In this document: positions 18,369-32,630 of the stretch, piece by piece
Layout of the letters: every line of letters starts with the position of its first letter
How positions within the stretch are numbered: position 1 is the first letter of the stretch
Assembly: GCF_009914755.1 (NCBI RefSeq)
Contig: NC_060930.1
Reading direction: 5' to 3' (one strand)
From: the human T2T-CHM13v2.0 reference genome, Homo sapiens
Length of the DNA: 64,000 nucleotides
Program-made: the position numbers and the translations under genes
The notes under the pieces: model-generated
What the model saw: the letters and a program-made list of their open reading frames with translations, nothing else
What the model was told of the DNA's origin: nothing
Databases searched by the model: none

Positions 18369-20730
18369 GGTTTTTTTTTTTTTTTTTTAATCATGAAAGC
18401 AGATAAAAATTCCTTGAAGTATGCGATGGTTAAGTTTTCTTTATTTGCTTGAAACATTATTGCCTTGTTTATTTCTCCTTTGCCCTTGCATCTAATCAGT
18501 TAAGAATGTCTGGCAATTCTTTTACTTGCCCTCTCATACACATTCCTTTTCTTCCATCCCCACTGCTGCTGCCTGTTAGTTCAGTCTTTCCTTAACTTGC
18601 ATTTCTTTCTGGGGATTATTGCTATAGCATCTCCCTGTATCTAGGCTTTCCTCATGCTTCATGTCTTCATTAAAAGATGGTATTTCCAGTCACTTTATTT
18701 TAGCCATGGTAGTAGGTATAAGATGGTATCTCACTGTGGTTTTAACTTGAGTTTCTCAAACGATTAGTGAGCTTGGATACCGTTTTTGCATTTATTGGCC
18801 ATTTGGATATCCTCTTTGTGAAATGCCTTTGAAACCTCTTGTGCATTTTTCTATTAGGTTGTCTGTCTTATTCTTTTTACTTTATAATAGCTTTTCATAT
18901 ATTAGGGATAGAAGCCCCTTGTTAATTGTGTGTGTGGTGAGGATCCTCTGTCAGTCTGTGCCTTACTTTTTCACTGTCTTAATGGTGCCTGTTGATGAGC
19001 AAAATTTACTAATATTCATGTTGTTCAATTTATCAATGTTTTCCTTCATGATGACCACGTTCTATGTCCTGATTAAAAAATTATTTCTTACCCAAAAGTT
19101 ATAAGAATAATCTCGTATATTATCTCCTATAAACTTTGTTGCTATTTTTTTCAGTTGATTCATAATCTATATGAAATTGATTATTGTTATGGGATAAGGT
19201 AGGAGTTAAATTTTACTTTTTTCATATAGATGTCAGATTGCCACAATAAAATTCATGCAAAAGGCTTTATGTACCGACTGCTCTGCTGTACCACCTTTAA
19301 CATAAATAGTGTTATGTTGGTCTTTTTCATGACTTTCTATTCTGTTCCATTGGCCTGCTTTGTAAAACTACGCCAAAGCTATGCTGTTCTTGTTGATTTT
19401 CTTGGAAAGAAAAAAACGTACACTGAGTATGGATTTAACTCAAGAAAACACCAGGTGGTACAATACATAGACATTTTATGTATATTTTATATATGTCACA
19501 TTTACTGAGGTATAATTTACAGACAGTAAATACATATTCATATATATGAACATACATATGCAGTATGTCATAATGTATGTCATATACAGAGGTATAATTT
19601 ACATACAGTAAATTTACTCTTTTTAGATATAGAGTTCTGTGAAGTTTGAAAAGTGCATACAGCCATGGATCTACCACCATAATCAAGATGTAGAACATTT
19701 TCAACACCTCAAGAGTTCCCTTAGGCCCCTTATAGTCAGTCCCCCTTCCTGCTCTCAGCCCCTGGCAAGCACTGGTCTGTTTTCTGTTCCTATTATTTTC
19801 ACTCTCTTAATGGTTTATTTTGTAGAGCAGATATTTTTAATTCGGATGAAGTCCAATTTATCATTTTTCTTTATGAATCATACTTTTGGTGTTGCATCTG
19901 AGAAATTTTTGTCCAATGTCCAAAATTTTTTCTCCTATTGCTTTATTATTTTAGGTTTTACATTTAAGTCTATACTCATTTTGAGTGTCAGGTTCTTTTT
20001 TCATACAGATATTCAATTGTTCAAGTACCATTCATTGACAGTATATGTAGGTCTTTCCTTTATCTATTTGTCTTCCCATACACTTTTAAAAGTCAGCTTG
20101 TCAATTTTTGTAAAGAACTCCTGCTGTGATTTGACTGGAATTGTATTGACTCTATGGATGAGTTTAGTGAGAATTGACATTTTCACAAGATTGAGTCTTC
20201 CAAACCACAAACCAGCATATCTCTGTATTCATTTAGATCACTAATTTATCAGTGTTTTTTAGTTTTCAGCATACGTGCCATATTCATATTTTATTAGGTT
20301 TATGCCTAAGTATTTTTTGTTTTTGTTGCTGTTGTAAACGGCACTTAAAAAAAGTTTAATGTTAATTATTCTTTAAGATAAAAACATTGGAAGGCTGGGA
20401 AAGTGGGATTAAATCTTTATGTGGGAAGATTCGTTAAAAGAAAACAAATCAGAATAAACAAAGCACAACAGGAGAAATATGCATATATTACACATTTGAA
20501 ATATGTAGACATATATACAGTTTATATTTTGTATACTGGCCTTATGTCCTGTAACTTTTCTAAACACACTTAGTAATTTTCATGGTTTTTGGGGATTCTT
20601 TGGGATTTTGTCTGTAGATAATCATGTAGCTGGTGAATAGAAATAGTTTTATTTCCTCCTTTCCAATTTGTTGGCCTTTTATTTCTTTTTCTTGTCTTAT
20701 TTGCATTGTCTAGTTCCTCAAGTATAATAT

Positions 20731-21144
20731 TATAAAACTAAAATAAAATTTCAGGACCTTCCAAATTTATGCCAAGAGAAAAGTTAAGCCCTGAAAGCCG
20801 ACTCACATAACAGTTTTTCTTCTTTGGTCCATGATGGTTACTTTCTGACCTTTGTGTTGAGATGTTATACATTAACCAGACTCTCTATTCTTTATTTAAA
20901 CCTAGCTAAATAACGTTGGAGATAGAGACCTCTGTGCTCTGTGTGTTAGCTTTTGTATGGAAAATGTAATTCTGTTTAGCACCTGTTTTTGCCTATGTAA
21001 ATGACCCCCATTTTTCTCCACATTGGGAGCACTGCTTACCATTCATCAGTGTAGCTCTGCTCCCCAGATGGCCACCCTCATGCTTTGTGGTTGAATAAGC
21101 TCTTTTAACTGGACCCCTAGCATTTGGATTATTTTAGGTTGGTA
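20731..21144 (+). mobile_element. ERV1 solo LTR (MER34/MER39-like)
   Basis: ~414-bp insert in L1M with degenerate TG..CA termini and ~4-bp TSD ATAT/ATGT; family is tentative. Confidence 0.65.
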
Positions 21145-22229
21145 ATGTTGAATATAATTGGTGAGGACAGATATCCTTGTCTTGTTCCTGATGTTAGGGA
21201 GACACTATTGTCTTTCCCTATTGAGTACGTTGAAGCAGGTATTTTTGTAGATGCCTGTTACCATGTTAAGAAAGTTACCTTTTGTTCTTAGTTTGCTGAG
21301 GGGGCTTTTTTTTTTTTTTCCAATTAGAAAAAGATGTTGGGTTTCGTCAGGTGCTTTTTTACCTATAACAACTGAGATGATAATATGATCATTTTAGTCA
21401 GTTAAATGATTAATTATATTGACCAATTTGATTTTTTTGAATATTGAATCAGTCTGGCAATACTTAGATAAACCCCACTTGTTCATGAAGTTTGTTTATT
21501 CAAAATATAATATTGCTAGATTTGATTTGCTAGGATTTTGGTGAGAATCTTTTTGTCTATGCTCATGAGAGATAGCCATCTGCCGTTTTGTCTTTTTTTG
21601 GTAATATCTTTTCTGATGGTATTATTGGGGGTAATGCTGGTCTCATAAAATGAGTTGATAAGTGTTTCCTCCTCTTCTGTATTCTGAAAGCACTTTTAAA
21701 AATAATTGCTAACATTAATCCTTAAATGTTTGACAACATTTGCCAATGAAAGTATCTAGGCCTGGAGTTTTCTTTGAGAATTTTTATGTATGAATTCAAA
21801 ATCTTTAGCAGGTATAGGATTAAACAGGCTATTTAATTTTTTTTAAGTGAACTCCAGCAGCTGGTGTCTTTCAAGGATTTTTTCCATTTCATCTAGCTTG
21901 TTAAGTTTACGGGCATACAATTTTTTTTTTTGCAATATTTCTTATTTTAGTGTTTGTGCGGTCTGTAGTGATTTGTCCTCTTTCATTCATGATTTTTGTT
22001 ATATGTCTTCTGTTTTTTTAACTTGGTCAGCTTGGCCAGAGGTTCATAAATTTTGAGAAACCAAATTTGGTTTCATTGATTTTCTGTATAGTTTTTTCAT
22101 TCTTAATTTCATTGGCAGCCACTTATTTTTGTTATTTCCTCCCTTTTTTGCTCTAGGTTTAATTTGCTCTTTTTAAAAGTGTTCTTATTGTGGATGCTTA
22201 GATATTTATTGTGACCTTTCATCTTTCTT

Positions 22230-22542
<313 letters not shown>

Positions 22543-22723
22543 TAGCTCCACTGCTTCAGCAGCATCTCACAAGTTTTGATATGTTGTGTTTTCATTTCTT
22601 TCAATACTAAGCACTCTCTAGGTTCCCTTGTAACTTCCTTTTTGACCCATGGATTACTTAGAAATTTGTTGTTTGATTTCTACATATTCAGGGGTCTTCC
22701 ATATATATATTTGTTATTGGTTT

Positions 22724-23150
22724 TATAAACCAAAAAGTATCTGAGACAGGTTTCAATCAATTTAGAAGTTTTTTTTTTGCCAAGGTTAAGAACATGCCTG
22801 GAGAAAAGGGAACACAAAACAATAGGAATGAATCTGTGGTCCACGCTTTTTTCCAAAGATGATGTTGAGGGCTTCAATATTTAAAGGAAAAAAGCAGGCT
22901 GGAAAGCAAAGAGGGAGGGTATGGTTACGTTACTGAATCCATATGTTGCAAGAGAAAAGGAGCAGGTAGGGGAATCTGCAGTTTACATAAGACGAACATA
23001 GAGTAGCTACCTGTGGAGATGTCTGACTTTTTATCTTTAACTGTTAAGGAACAAAAAGAAAGGCAATTTCTTATATGACTCAGCATTCAGCTTAATTTTC
23101 TGCTTTTGGCACAGTGAATTGGGGTCCCAAGATTTTATTTTCCTTTCACA
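22724..23150 (-). mobile_element. MER4-group ERV1 solo LTR
   Basis: Minus strand starts TGTGAAAGGAAAATAAAATCTTGGGACCCC; other end AAACCAAAAAGTATCTGAGACAGG typical of the MER4 group. Confidence 0.75.
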
Positions 23151-26100
23151 TTTACTAGCTTAACTCCTATAGGAGTTAATGTGAGAAACTGGGTTTGGGT
23201 TTTACAGTTGCTATGACTATCTTCAGTATGCTACTGTCTTTAAATTTCTTTAATAATGTCTTGTGCTTAGGGTGACGATCTGGGTGCCTCACAGTTTATC
23301 TCAGTGTTTGCTTTCAACCCTCAGCTTTGACCTGTCCTTTGCCTACATGTGAGAGGGGGCCATGGTCCTTGCATCCTCCTACTGGTAGACTGTGGTGGTT
23401 TGTACTCAGTATTCACTAGACTGGCGGGGAGCAGGGCAAAAGGCCTGTTCTGGCCTAGTCTTTATTGTTCTGGTCCAGCCTCATGCCTGTGCCTCTCTGG
23501 GTGCAGCTTCCTCCTCCTCGTAGCAGGTACCCAATTCTCCACCTGTATCTATGGCAGGTCTTGTGCAGATTTTCTTTCCCTACTTCAGTGGTGGGAGACC
23601 TTTAATAGTACTGGTGTAGGATCCAGGGCTCAGGACTATTTTTTTTTTGCTCCTCTCCTGGAAATAGAGGTGTTTTCTTCTATTCTTTTAGGAAAGAATG
23701 GTTCTGTCCTGCTGGAGGTAGCAGGTTTTATTGTCTGTACCCCAGAGACTTAATTTAAGCCTTTTGAGAGAAGGCTCCAAGCAGAGGAGCAGGGCTTCAT
23801 GCCTGCCAATGGTGGTAGCTGATTTTCTCTTCTTTGACTGTGTGTACCACAGAGGGAGTCTGTCTCCAGTCTCCTGTCTTGTCTTTAGTATTTCTTGTGA
23901 GCACCAGGTGAGCATCTATCAAAAAAAAAAAGATAAATAAAAAATAAAATAAAATAAAAAAGAAGCCTGACTATGTGTGGGAACTTCCTTGGTTTTGTAG
24001 CTTTCTCTGCTCCTAGGGTAGCCTGTGCTAATGCTGGCTGACTTTTTTTTTTTTTTTAACCCACTTGAATGGAAGCCTCATCTTCCTCCTATGCTGTCAC
24101 AGGTGAGACTGTTCTTGCTCCCATCTCACCTTGGTGAGGGGACCTCCTGGGATTTTAGGTTGCTTGGTTCTTCTGCAATGCCAGCTCCCCAACAGGGTCA
24201 GGAAAAGTGATTTTGCAGTGTATCTGGCTTTCTCTCACTGTTAGGAAAGGAATGACTCGCTTAAACCTACATCGTAGGTATGAGTAGATAAAAAAAAAAA
24301 GTTTCAATGCTTCATCAGAATAAATGGTCACTCTTTCTGAGGTGATGTGATAAATTCATATTTATCAGGTATTTAACATAAATGTTAATAGTATCACAGT
24401 GTTTTCTAAGGTACTGTATAATGATAAGCATTCAGAAGGATGACATTGAAGCATTTTCAGGACCCCAAATTGGCATTAAAATCGTCAAGGTGTTAAACTA
24501 AATATACCTTCTGGATTATATTCATTTGAGAAATTGTTCTTAAACACTAAGAACCCAGATGTGGCATCTATGATTATATTCTGTTAATTAATTTTGTTAC
24601 TTACTGAATTTGAATATGTAAGATTCTAATCTGTTTGTGGATAACTGAAGGCAATACATTTTTTTAAATGTTCAGGCAATAGGAGATGCTGCATGCAAAA
24701 GTTTGTGCAATGCCTGCACGCTTTTTTATATGTAGCTAACACACATGCACTGCATATTATGCGTTAATTATACTATTGCCTATCTAACAGATAGGAGAGT
24801 TCCAAAGTACAAATGAAAAAATTTTTTTTACTGTTTTGTTTTTCTGTATTTTAAGTAAACCTGTCTTCTGACTGATAATAAGTTTAGCAGGCTAGATGAG
24901 AAAAAAAAAAGTATATATAATACACAATGACCCAGTGTAACTTTATCTTACTCTGGTTGAGATTTATATTTCTACTCTGCAGAAATTTTTAAAAGCTGGA
25001 TTTCATCCTGTGATGTAGAGGCAATGTCTAATTTTACAACTATATAATATCTAGAAAATGCAGGATGGCACATAATGCTTTGTTGGAACTCATCAGGTAT
25101 AAATAATTATACTTCATTTGGCAAATGGTGATAGTTCAGCACACCTGTTGATTAGGAGTAGTATAGTACATTCTGTACTTTAGAAATTCCCATAGCTATC
25201 AATTACTGTAGAGGAATATTTTTGATGTTTACTTACCCTGAAAGATCATATTCAACATCTGGGTTTTTTTTTTTGTATATGCAGAACACACTTTAAATTA
25301 CTACATAAGTTGCTTTTAAAAAATATGAGACGATTAATCTTTTTCTTGTTGTGAAATGAGTCTTAGAATGAATTACAAATGTGATTCAGAAGAAAAAACC
25401 TTGGCCCTCATAGCTCAACTTTGGATTCCATAGAATGAGATATGCTTATAATATAAATTTTGACTCTTTAATACTATAAGGCCAGGGAGAAATTCAGCTA
25501 TGTAGAGAAACAGAAGAAAAAAGATGGCTGGTGTGAGGCACATGTGGCTTGACTTTTCTTCTTTCTTCTGTCAAGATGAGACTTTTGCTACTTGGAAGAA
25601 GAGAACGGGTCTCATTTGGAAGAAGCTAGGTGTGAGGATTTGCTTTAGGATGCAAACAAAGTTAAATGATTCTTGTTGTCCAGTACTCATAGGGTCTATC
25701 TGATGTTTACCATGAGTATTTAGTCCTTTGTACCACTGCCCCAGGGGAATGTTCTTTGTGGTTATACAGAAAGTGTTATGGTGGTGGGTAGTGAAGGCAG
25801 TTCAGTTTTTAGTTTACACCACTACTAGTAGCTGGTTGCTTATACTCAAAACAAGTAGACAATATAATTCTTTTCATCACTGAAACTTGATAGAGGACAC
25901 TGATTGTGGCAAAGAACACTGACTGTGCTAGTGGTGACAGATGCATAGGTAAAGAGGTTGGGGGACAAGAAGGGAGGCAGAGATGCACACAGAAACTTCA
26001 CTCACAGTTAACAAAGAAAAGCAGTATTTCACATGATGTAGGCTACACTCAAGGAAACAATTACTTAGTAAACACTTGGTATTTAAAGTAAAGGTTAAGA

Positions 26101-26585
26101 ATTTGTAGCTGCACACTGAAGACTTTGGGTAAATAGTATTAAGGCAGCAAAGACCTGACAAGCGCAGCCCCATGGGATGAGAACAAAGCAAACCTGGAGG
26201 AGCAGCGAGACTCTCCTCTCCTTCATCAGACGGGGGTTTGGAAGTGTATATCAGAATCTACTGCACACAGTTTGTAACTAATGATTGTAATTGGGAATAA
26301 ACTACTCTATAGCACAATGTACACAATTCATATTTTGTAGAGTGAATTCAGCTGCACTTAAATTTTTTTTCATATTTTGCCATTTTCATAAAGTCCTGGA
26401 TTCCGTGTGCATCAGCCATGGTAGTAAAAATGTTGTGTTTAGATTGAGCAAAACATAGGTAAGTGGCATCTCTTTGAGAATATTCTTCTAAACTGCACAG
26501 TTTAAAAGAACACAGGGTGTTCTATGCTTACCCTGGATGCACAGGCTAAATGCCTCCAGGTCCCTGTGATGATCAAATGATATAA

Positions 26586-26775
26586 TCAGGAAACCTGAGC
26601 TTTAATCCAGCTCAGCTTCTTAGTAGCTGTATAAACTTGAGCAGTTTTTTTTCTTCTATAACTGAATCTGCTACACTAACCAGTCTTGAATGTTTCTTCT
26701 AACCTTGAAAAAAAAACTGCTCAAGTTTATACAGCTACTAAGAAGCTGAGCTGGATTAAAGCTCAGGTTTCCTGA
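26586..26775. repeat. Perfect inverted repeat: 67-bp arms (26586-26652, 26709-26775), 56-bp spacer, MIR-derived
   Basis: Arms are exact reverse complements; sequence resembles the MIR core. Confidence 0.97.
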
Positions 26776-27671
26776 CTTCCTAACTCATTGCATTTACTAT
26801 AGCATTCAATGAGTTATATATAATAATAACATTCAGTAACTCTTTTGAAAAACTTGGTAAATATTTAAAAGAAATTATTATTACTCAGGAATACTTGTTA
26901 ACAAGTATATTTACATCCCCAAAGTAATTTTTTTAGGAATGAAGGCAATATGCCTTGTTCTTTGGCTGGGTACTCTAGCTTGTGAGGACTGTATTAATCA
27001 GGGATGGTTTCAGCTGTGTGTGTCATACATTACACAGTTACGTTGTCCTTAACTCAAAGTCCAGAGGCAGCAGACTGGCCGTAGCTGCTGTCAGAGCTCC
27101 ACCATATTCTAAATTCTGAAACCCAGGCTCATTTTAGCTCCTTGGGTTTGCTATCACTGGTGTGGCTCTCATGGCCCAAGATGCTGCTAAATGATTTGTC
27201 ATCAACACATTACAATTATATATCTATATCTATACCTATGCATATATGTAACCTTCCATTCCATCTCAAGGTAACAGATATCAACTTTCATATTTCTACT
27301 TCAACTCTAATTTACTTGTCATTCCCAGAAATAGGAGCTTAGACACAAAGCTTCTTGTTAATATTGCTCTCTTTTGCCAATTGTCTCCACTAGTGTACCC
27401 CAGGGACTCTGTCCTTTATCTTGGGATGGAAATTAGTAACAATAAACAGTCTTATGACTTGGGTGGCCAATGCTCTGGGAGGGTCTCTTCTCCTCCTCAT
27501 CTTCCTGCCTGTAGAAGGCCAGGTGTCTACTGGTGATGGAGCGGGGAATGGTGGCTATCCTCTCTCAGGCAGACACATCACTGATGTGATATCCAAAGTG
27601 AGGAAAGCAGTTTTTAACTTCAGGTTCAAGTCTATAGGGCTTTGTGTTTTGGGAATGGTGCTTCTTGGGTT

Positions 27672-28084
<413 letters not shown>

Positions 28085-28509
28085 TCTTGATGATTTAACT
28101 CACCCTTGTACCAGTTTATGAGCAGAGAGCCTTACTCTGGAGCTCTTGGAGCTCCTGCCTGGATCCATGTTGGCAGAAGTGCCTCCCTGGGTTTGTTCTT
28201 TTAAATTTTCTATTTCTTTCCCACTGTCACTTGGTCCATTTTAACTATTTTTGCTTTCTCTCTCAACTTCCACCCAATCTTTTCCCCTTTGTGTTTGGTC
28301 CCTGACATCATTTGTCAGTCATTTAAAAATTTTCTGGCTCCTATCGCTGGTTGGTTGGAAAGTGGGATGGGAGCTTTGGTTCCTGAGATGGAAGAAGTAA
28401 AAATGTGGCCTAAGAGAGGAGTGAATAAGTCATACATCACTTAGAGAGAAGATTAATCTCTGGCCAGCATAGCTCCTGTATCATAATATAATAAAAGAGT
28501 CCCTGTTAA

Positions 28510-29900
28510 TATACTTAAGGAGAAAAATCATAGGACATATCTACACTGATGCCACAGGAGCCCTTGACAAAATTAGAGACCGGTTTTGAATTAAAAGGTT
28601 CCAGAGGAACTCTAGGGGTGCTTCTTTAACATGATAAAAATTAAGTAAAATTAACATGAATTTACTTCCAAATTCAGCACCTTACTTAATGCTAGAATAA
28701 TACACACGCAGTCAGGAACAAGGCAAGGATGTCTCCTATGTTTACTATTGTGTTATACGTGAGATTTTAGCCAATGCAATTAAACAGGAGAAATCAATTA
28801 GAGGCATAAGATTAGGTAAAAAAGAAGTGATAATGTTTCTGTTTGTACGTGATATCTGGCATATCTGGAAAACTCCAGCAAGTCAAGGGTTCTGAACCCA
28901 AACAATAAAATCATTCAGTAAATTAGCAAGATATAAAATTAACGTCCAGAAGTAAATAGTCTTTAACTATCCAATTGTAACTAGTTAGAGGACATAATTG
29001 TAGAGAAAAACACCATTTATAGTAGCAACAACAATAAAAAAATACTTAGGAATAAGCTTAAAAAGAGATGTATAAAATCTTCACGAATACAATTTTTAAA
29101 TGTTAAAATCACAAAGGTAAACTTGAACAATTGAAAACGCATCCCTTCTTGTTGCATAGGATTGCTCAATATCATAATGATGTCAGTTTTCCCTAGTTAA
29201 TAAATTTAAAATAAGCTCAATAAAAATACTAACAAGTTTGTTTTGTGGAGGTATACAAGATTATACGAAGGTTCATATTGAAAAGTGTACATGCAAGAAT
29301 GCTGAAAAAGAAAATCTACAAGGAGAAACTACTCCCATAAGTTATTAAGACATGCCATAGAACTTCAATAGTCAAAACAGCATGGTACTGGTACATAGCT
29401 AGATCCATGAATATAGAACAGAAAGTCAGAAAAAGACCCAAGCACAAAGAAAATGGAGCATATCACTAAGATGACATCTCGAATTACTGGGGAATACAAT
29501 AAACTTTAACAAAATGGTCTTGGAACAAATAGCCACTTGAAAAAAAAGCTAATTAGATCTACACCTCATCCCATATACAAGAATAAATTACAAATGGGTC
29601 AGGGATCTACATGTAATCAATAAAGCCATACAAGTACTAGAATAAAACATGGTCAAATAATTAACACGAAAAGAAAAATAGTAACTTTAGAGTGAAGAAA
29701 TAGTAACTCTACAGTGAACATCATTTTAACTAAGTGATGAAAATTAACATCTCCCATGCTGGACCAGACTGACATCATGTGCTCCTGAGTGACTCACTGA
29801 GGAGAACCAACATCACTTTTGTAGTATTCCTGCCAAAATGCATCACTAGAGTCTAGTTACTGTGAAACACTGAATAAACCCAATAATGTTATCATTATAA
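28510..29900 (+). mobile_element. Old L1M ORF2 and 3' fragments
   Basis: Degenerate sense-strand L1 ORF2 similarity (e.g. CAAAACAGCATGGTACTGG). Confidence 0.7.
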
Positions 29901-30053
29901 AAATTGTAATATCCTACTGTCATGTAAAAATACGATCCCTGGATGAGAAATCAAAGCTAGTTCCCTGATGTCACACACTGAAAATTGGTCAAGGGTTATT
30001 AAGATATTTTTGAAAATTCTTTTTAAATCATAGAGCAAATGTAATTAGGCCAG

Positions 30054-30394
30054 TGTAGCATGTAAAATATGGTCATATCCTAATCTCCAAAACTTGTGAA
30101 AATATCACTTTACTTGGCAAAAGAGACTTTGCAGATGTGATTAAGGTAAGTAATTTGAGATAGGGAGATCATTATCCAGGTGGGCTTAATCTAATCACAT
30201 GGGTCCTTTTGTAGATGAGGGTAGAAGCTAGAAAGGGAAGAAAATGGATTCTCCCTTAAAGCCTCCAGAAGGAAATGCAGCCTTAGAAACACCGTAATTT
30301 TAGCCCAGTGAGACACACACTGGTTGTAAGATAAGAAATTTGTGTTGTTTTAAGTTTGTGGTAATTTGTTAGAGCATCCATAAAAAAGTAAAAC
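30054..30394 (+). mobile_element. MLT1 (MaLR) solo LTR
   Basis: GGCAAAAGAGACTTTGCAGATGTGATTAAG and GTTTGTGGTAATTTGTTA motifs. Confidence 0.75.
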
Positions 30395-30444
30395 AGAGGT
30401 TTTCTCAAAGTGTGCCACCTGAACTAGCTCCATTATAATAAAGT

Positions 30445-31425
<981 letters not shown>

Positions 31426-32583
31426 CTGAGTTGTTAAAAATGCAGATTCTGGGTTCTTGCTACTGAGCAATTGAATTGGATCTCTGAAGTTGAAGTGGAG
31501 CTTATGAAACTTCGATTTAAATACCAGACTCAGGTGATTTTAATGCACCCTAAAATTGAAAAGTTCCTGTTAAATCTTTGTAAAGTTTCAATTTGTTAAT
31601 CATGAAAATAAATACCAATCCATTAGCATTGAACCTTTCTGAGGAACCTAATTCATTTGGTAGAAGTGAAAAATTTCTGCTTTTTTTTCAGTAACAGCCC
31701 CCTGCCATTTTGTGCTATTTAAATATACGTTTCCACTGGCTAGAAACATGCTTAAAACATCTTAAGCCAGATCCTGTAGCTTCTCAGCCAATTTTAACCT
31801 GGTGCTTACTATTCACATTTCTTTATTTAAAACCTTCCCAATTGTCTACTTAAAAGATTTTTTTTTTTTTTTTTTCTGAACCTAGGACAGGCTAGGGTGG
31901 GGCCAGGGAAGAAGAGAGCTAGAGGAGGGACAGAGGAAAAGGCAAAATTCTTCTAACTTTATGAGGTTGGCTCTTCCCCTGGGTTAGATGCTGTTGAATT
32001 TGTTGCCCGTGGGCTCGGATGGGTAGTGGTTTCAACATGCACCTCCAAGCAGCACCCCTAAGCACTGGTGATTCCTGGTGAGATTTGTTCATGTTTTCCG
32101 TATTGTCCCCAGCTAACGTCACCATATGCATCTCTCTCTGCCCCCTACACTCAGTGGTCTCAACAGATTGAAGCCTTCAATATCACCTACCCTCCTAGGC
32201 CAGTAGCCAGACTTGTATGCATACGGGGAATCCCTTTAATATATCTCTTTTGAACAAAGATTTGAGGTGCCTGCATTCCACCTGAGAGTCCTTTATCATT
32301 TTGTCTTTTCATGCTTGTTTTTCTCTTGTTTGCAAGACTTCTGGCCGAATATTCAACTGGGGCTCCTGTCTCCACATCTGAATTACTTCCCTTGGCTTTA
32401 GACAAGGGATGCACTGACTTTCCTCAATCACAGGACAGAATAAACAGTCTCAAAAACACAGTTTTCTCCCTTCCTGATGCCTAACTGTCAAGCTGACCTC
32501 CATTACCTCTTAGTCTTCTTATTTTTTTTTGGTGGGTATGTGTGGGAAGTAGGGATTCATTGTAAAGCAAGACTTCTGGATTA

Positions 32584-32630
32584 TTAGGTTGGTACACAAG
32601 TAATTGTGGTTTTTGCCATTACTTTTAATG
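32584..32630. mobile_element. Partial MADE1 (Hsmar1 MITE), one arm only
   Basis: TTAGGTTGGTACACAAGTAATTGTGGTTTTTGCCATTACTTTTAATG. Confidence 0.8.

Noticed and set aside
19639-20244. 201-aa hydrophobic ORF resembling a membrane protein
   Set aside because: Antisense frame of T-rich decayed L1M with a non-ATG start; no recognisable homology.
31858-32420. Poly-T followed by GC-richer sequence, a possible processed pseudogene
   Set aside because: No poly(A) signal near the tract, no TSD and no recognisable coding remnant.
32584-32630. MADE1-derived miR-548-type hairpin
   Set aside because: Only one arm is present, so it cannot fold back.
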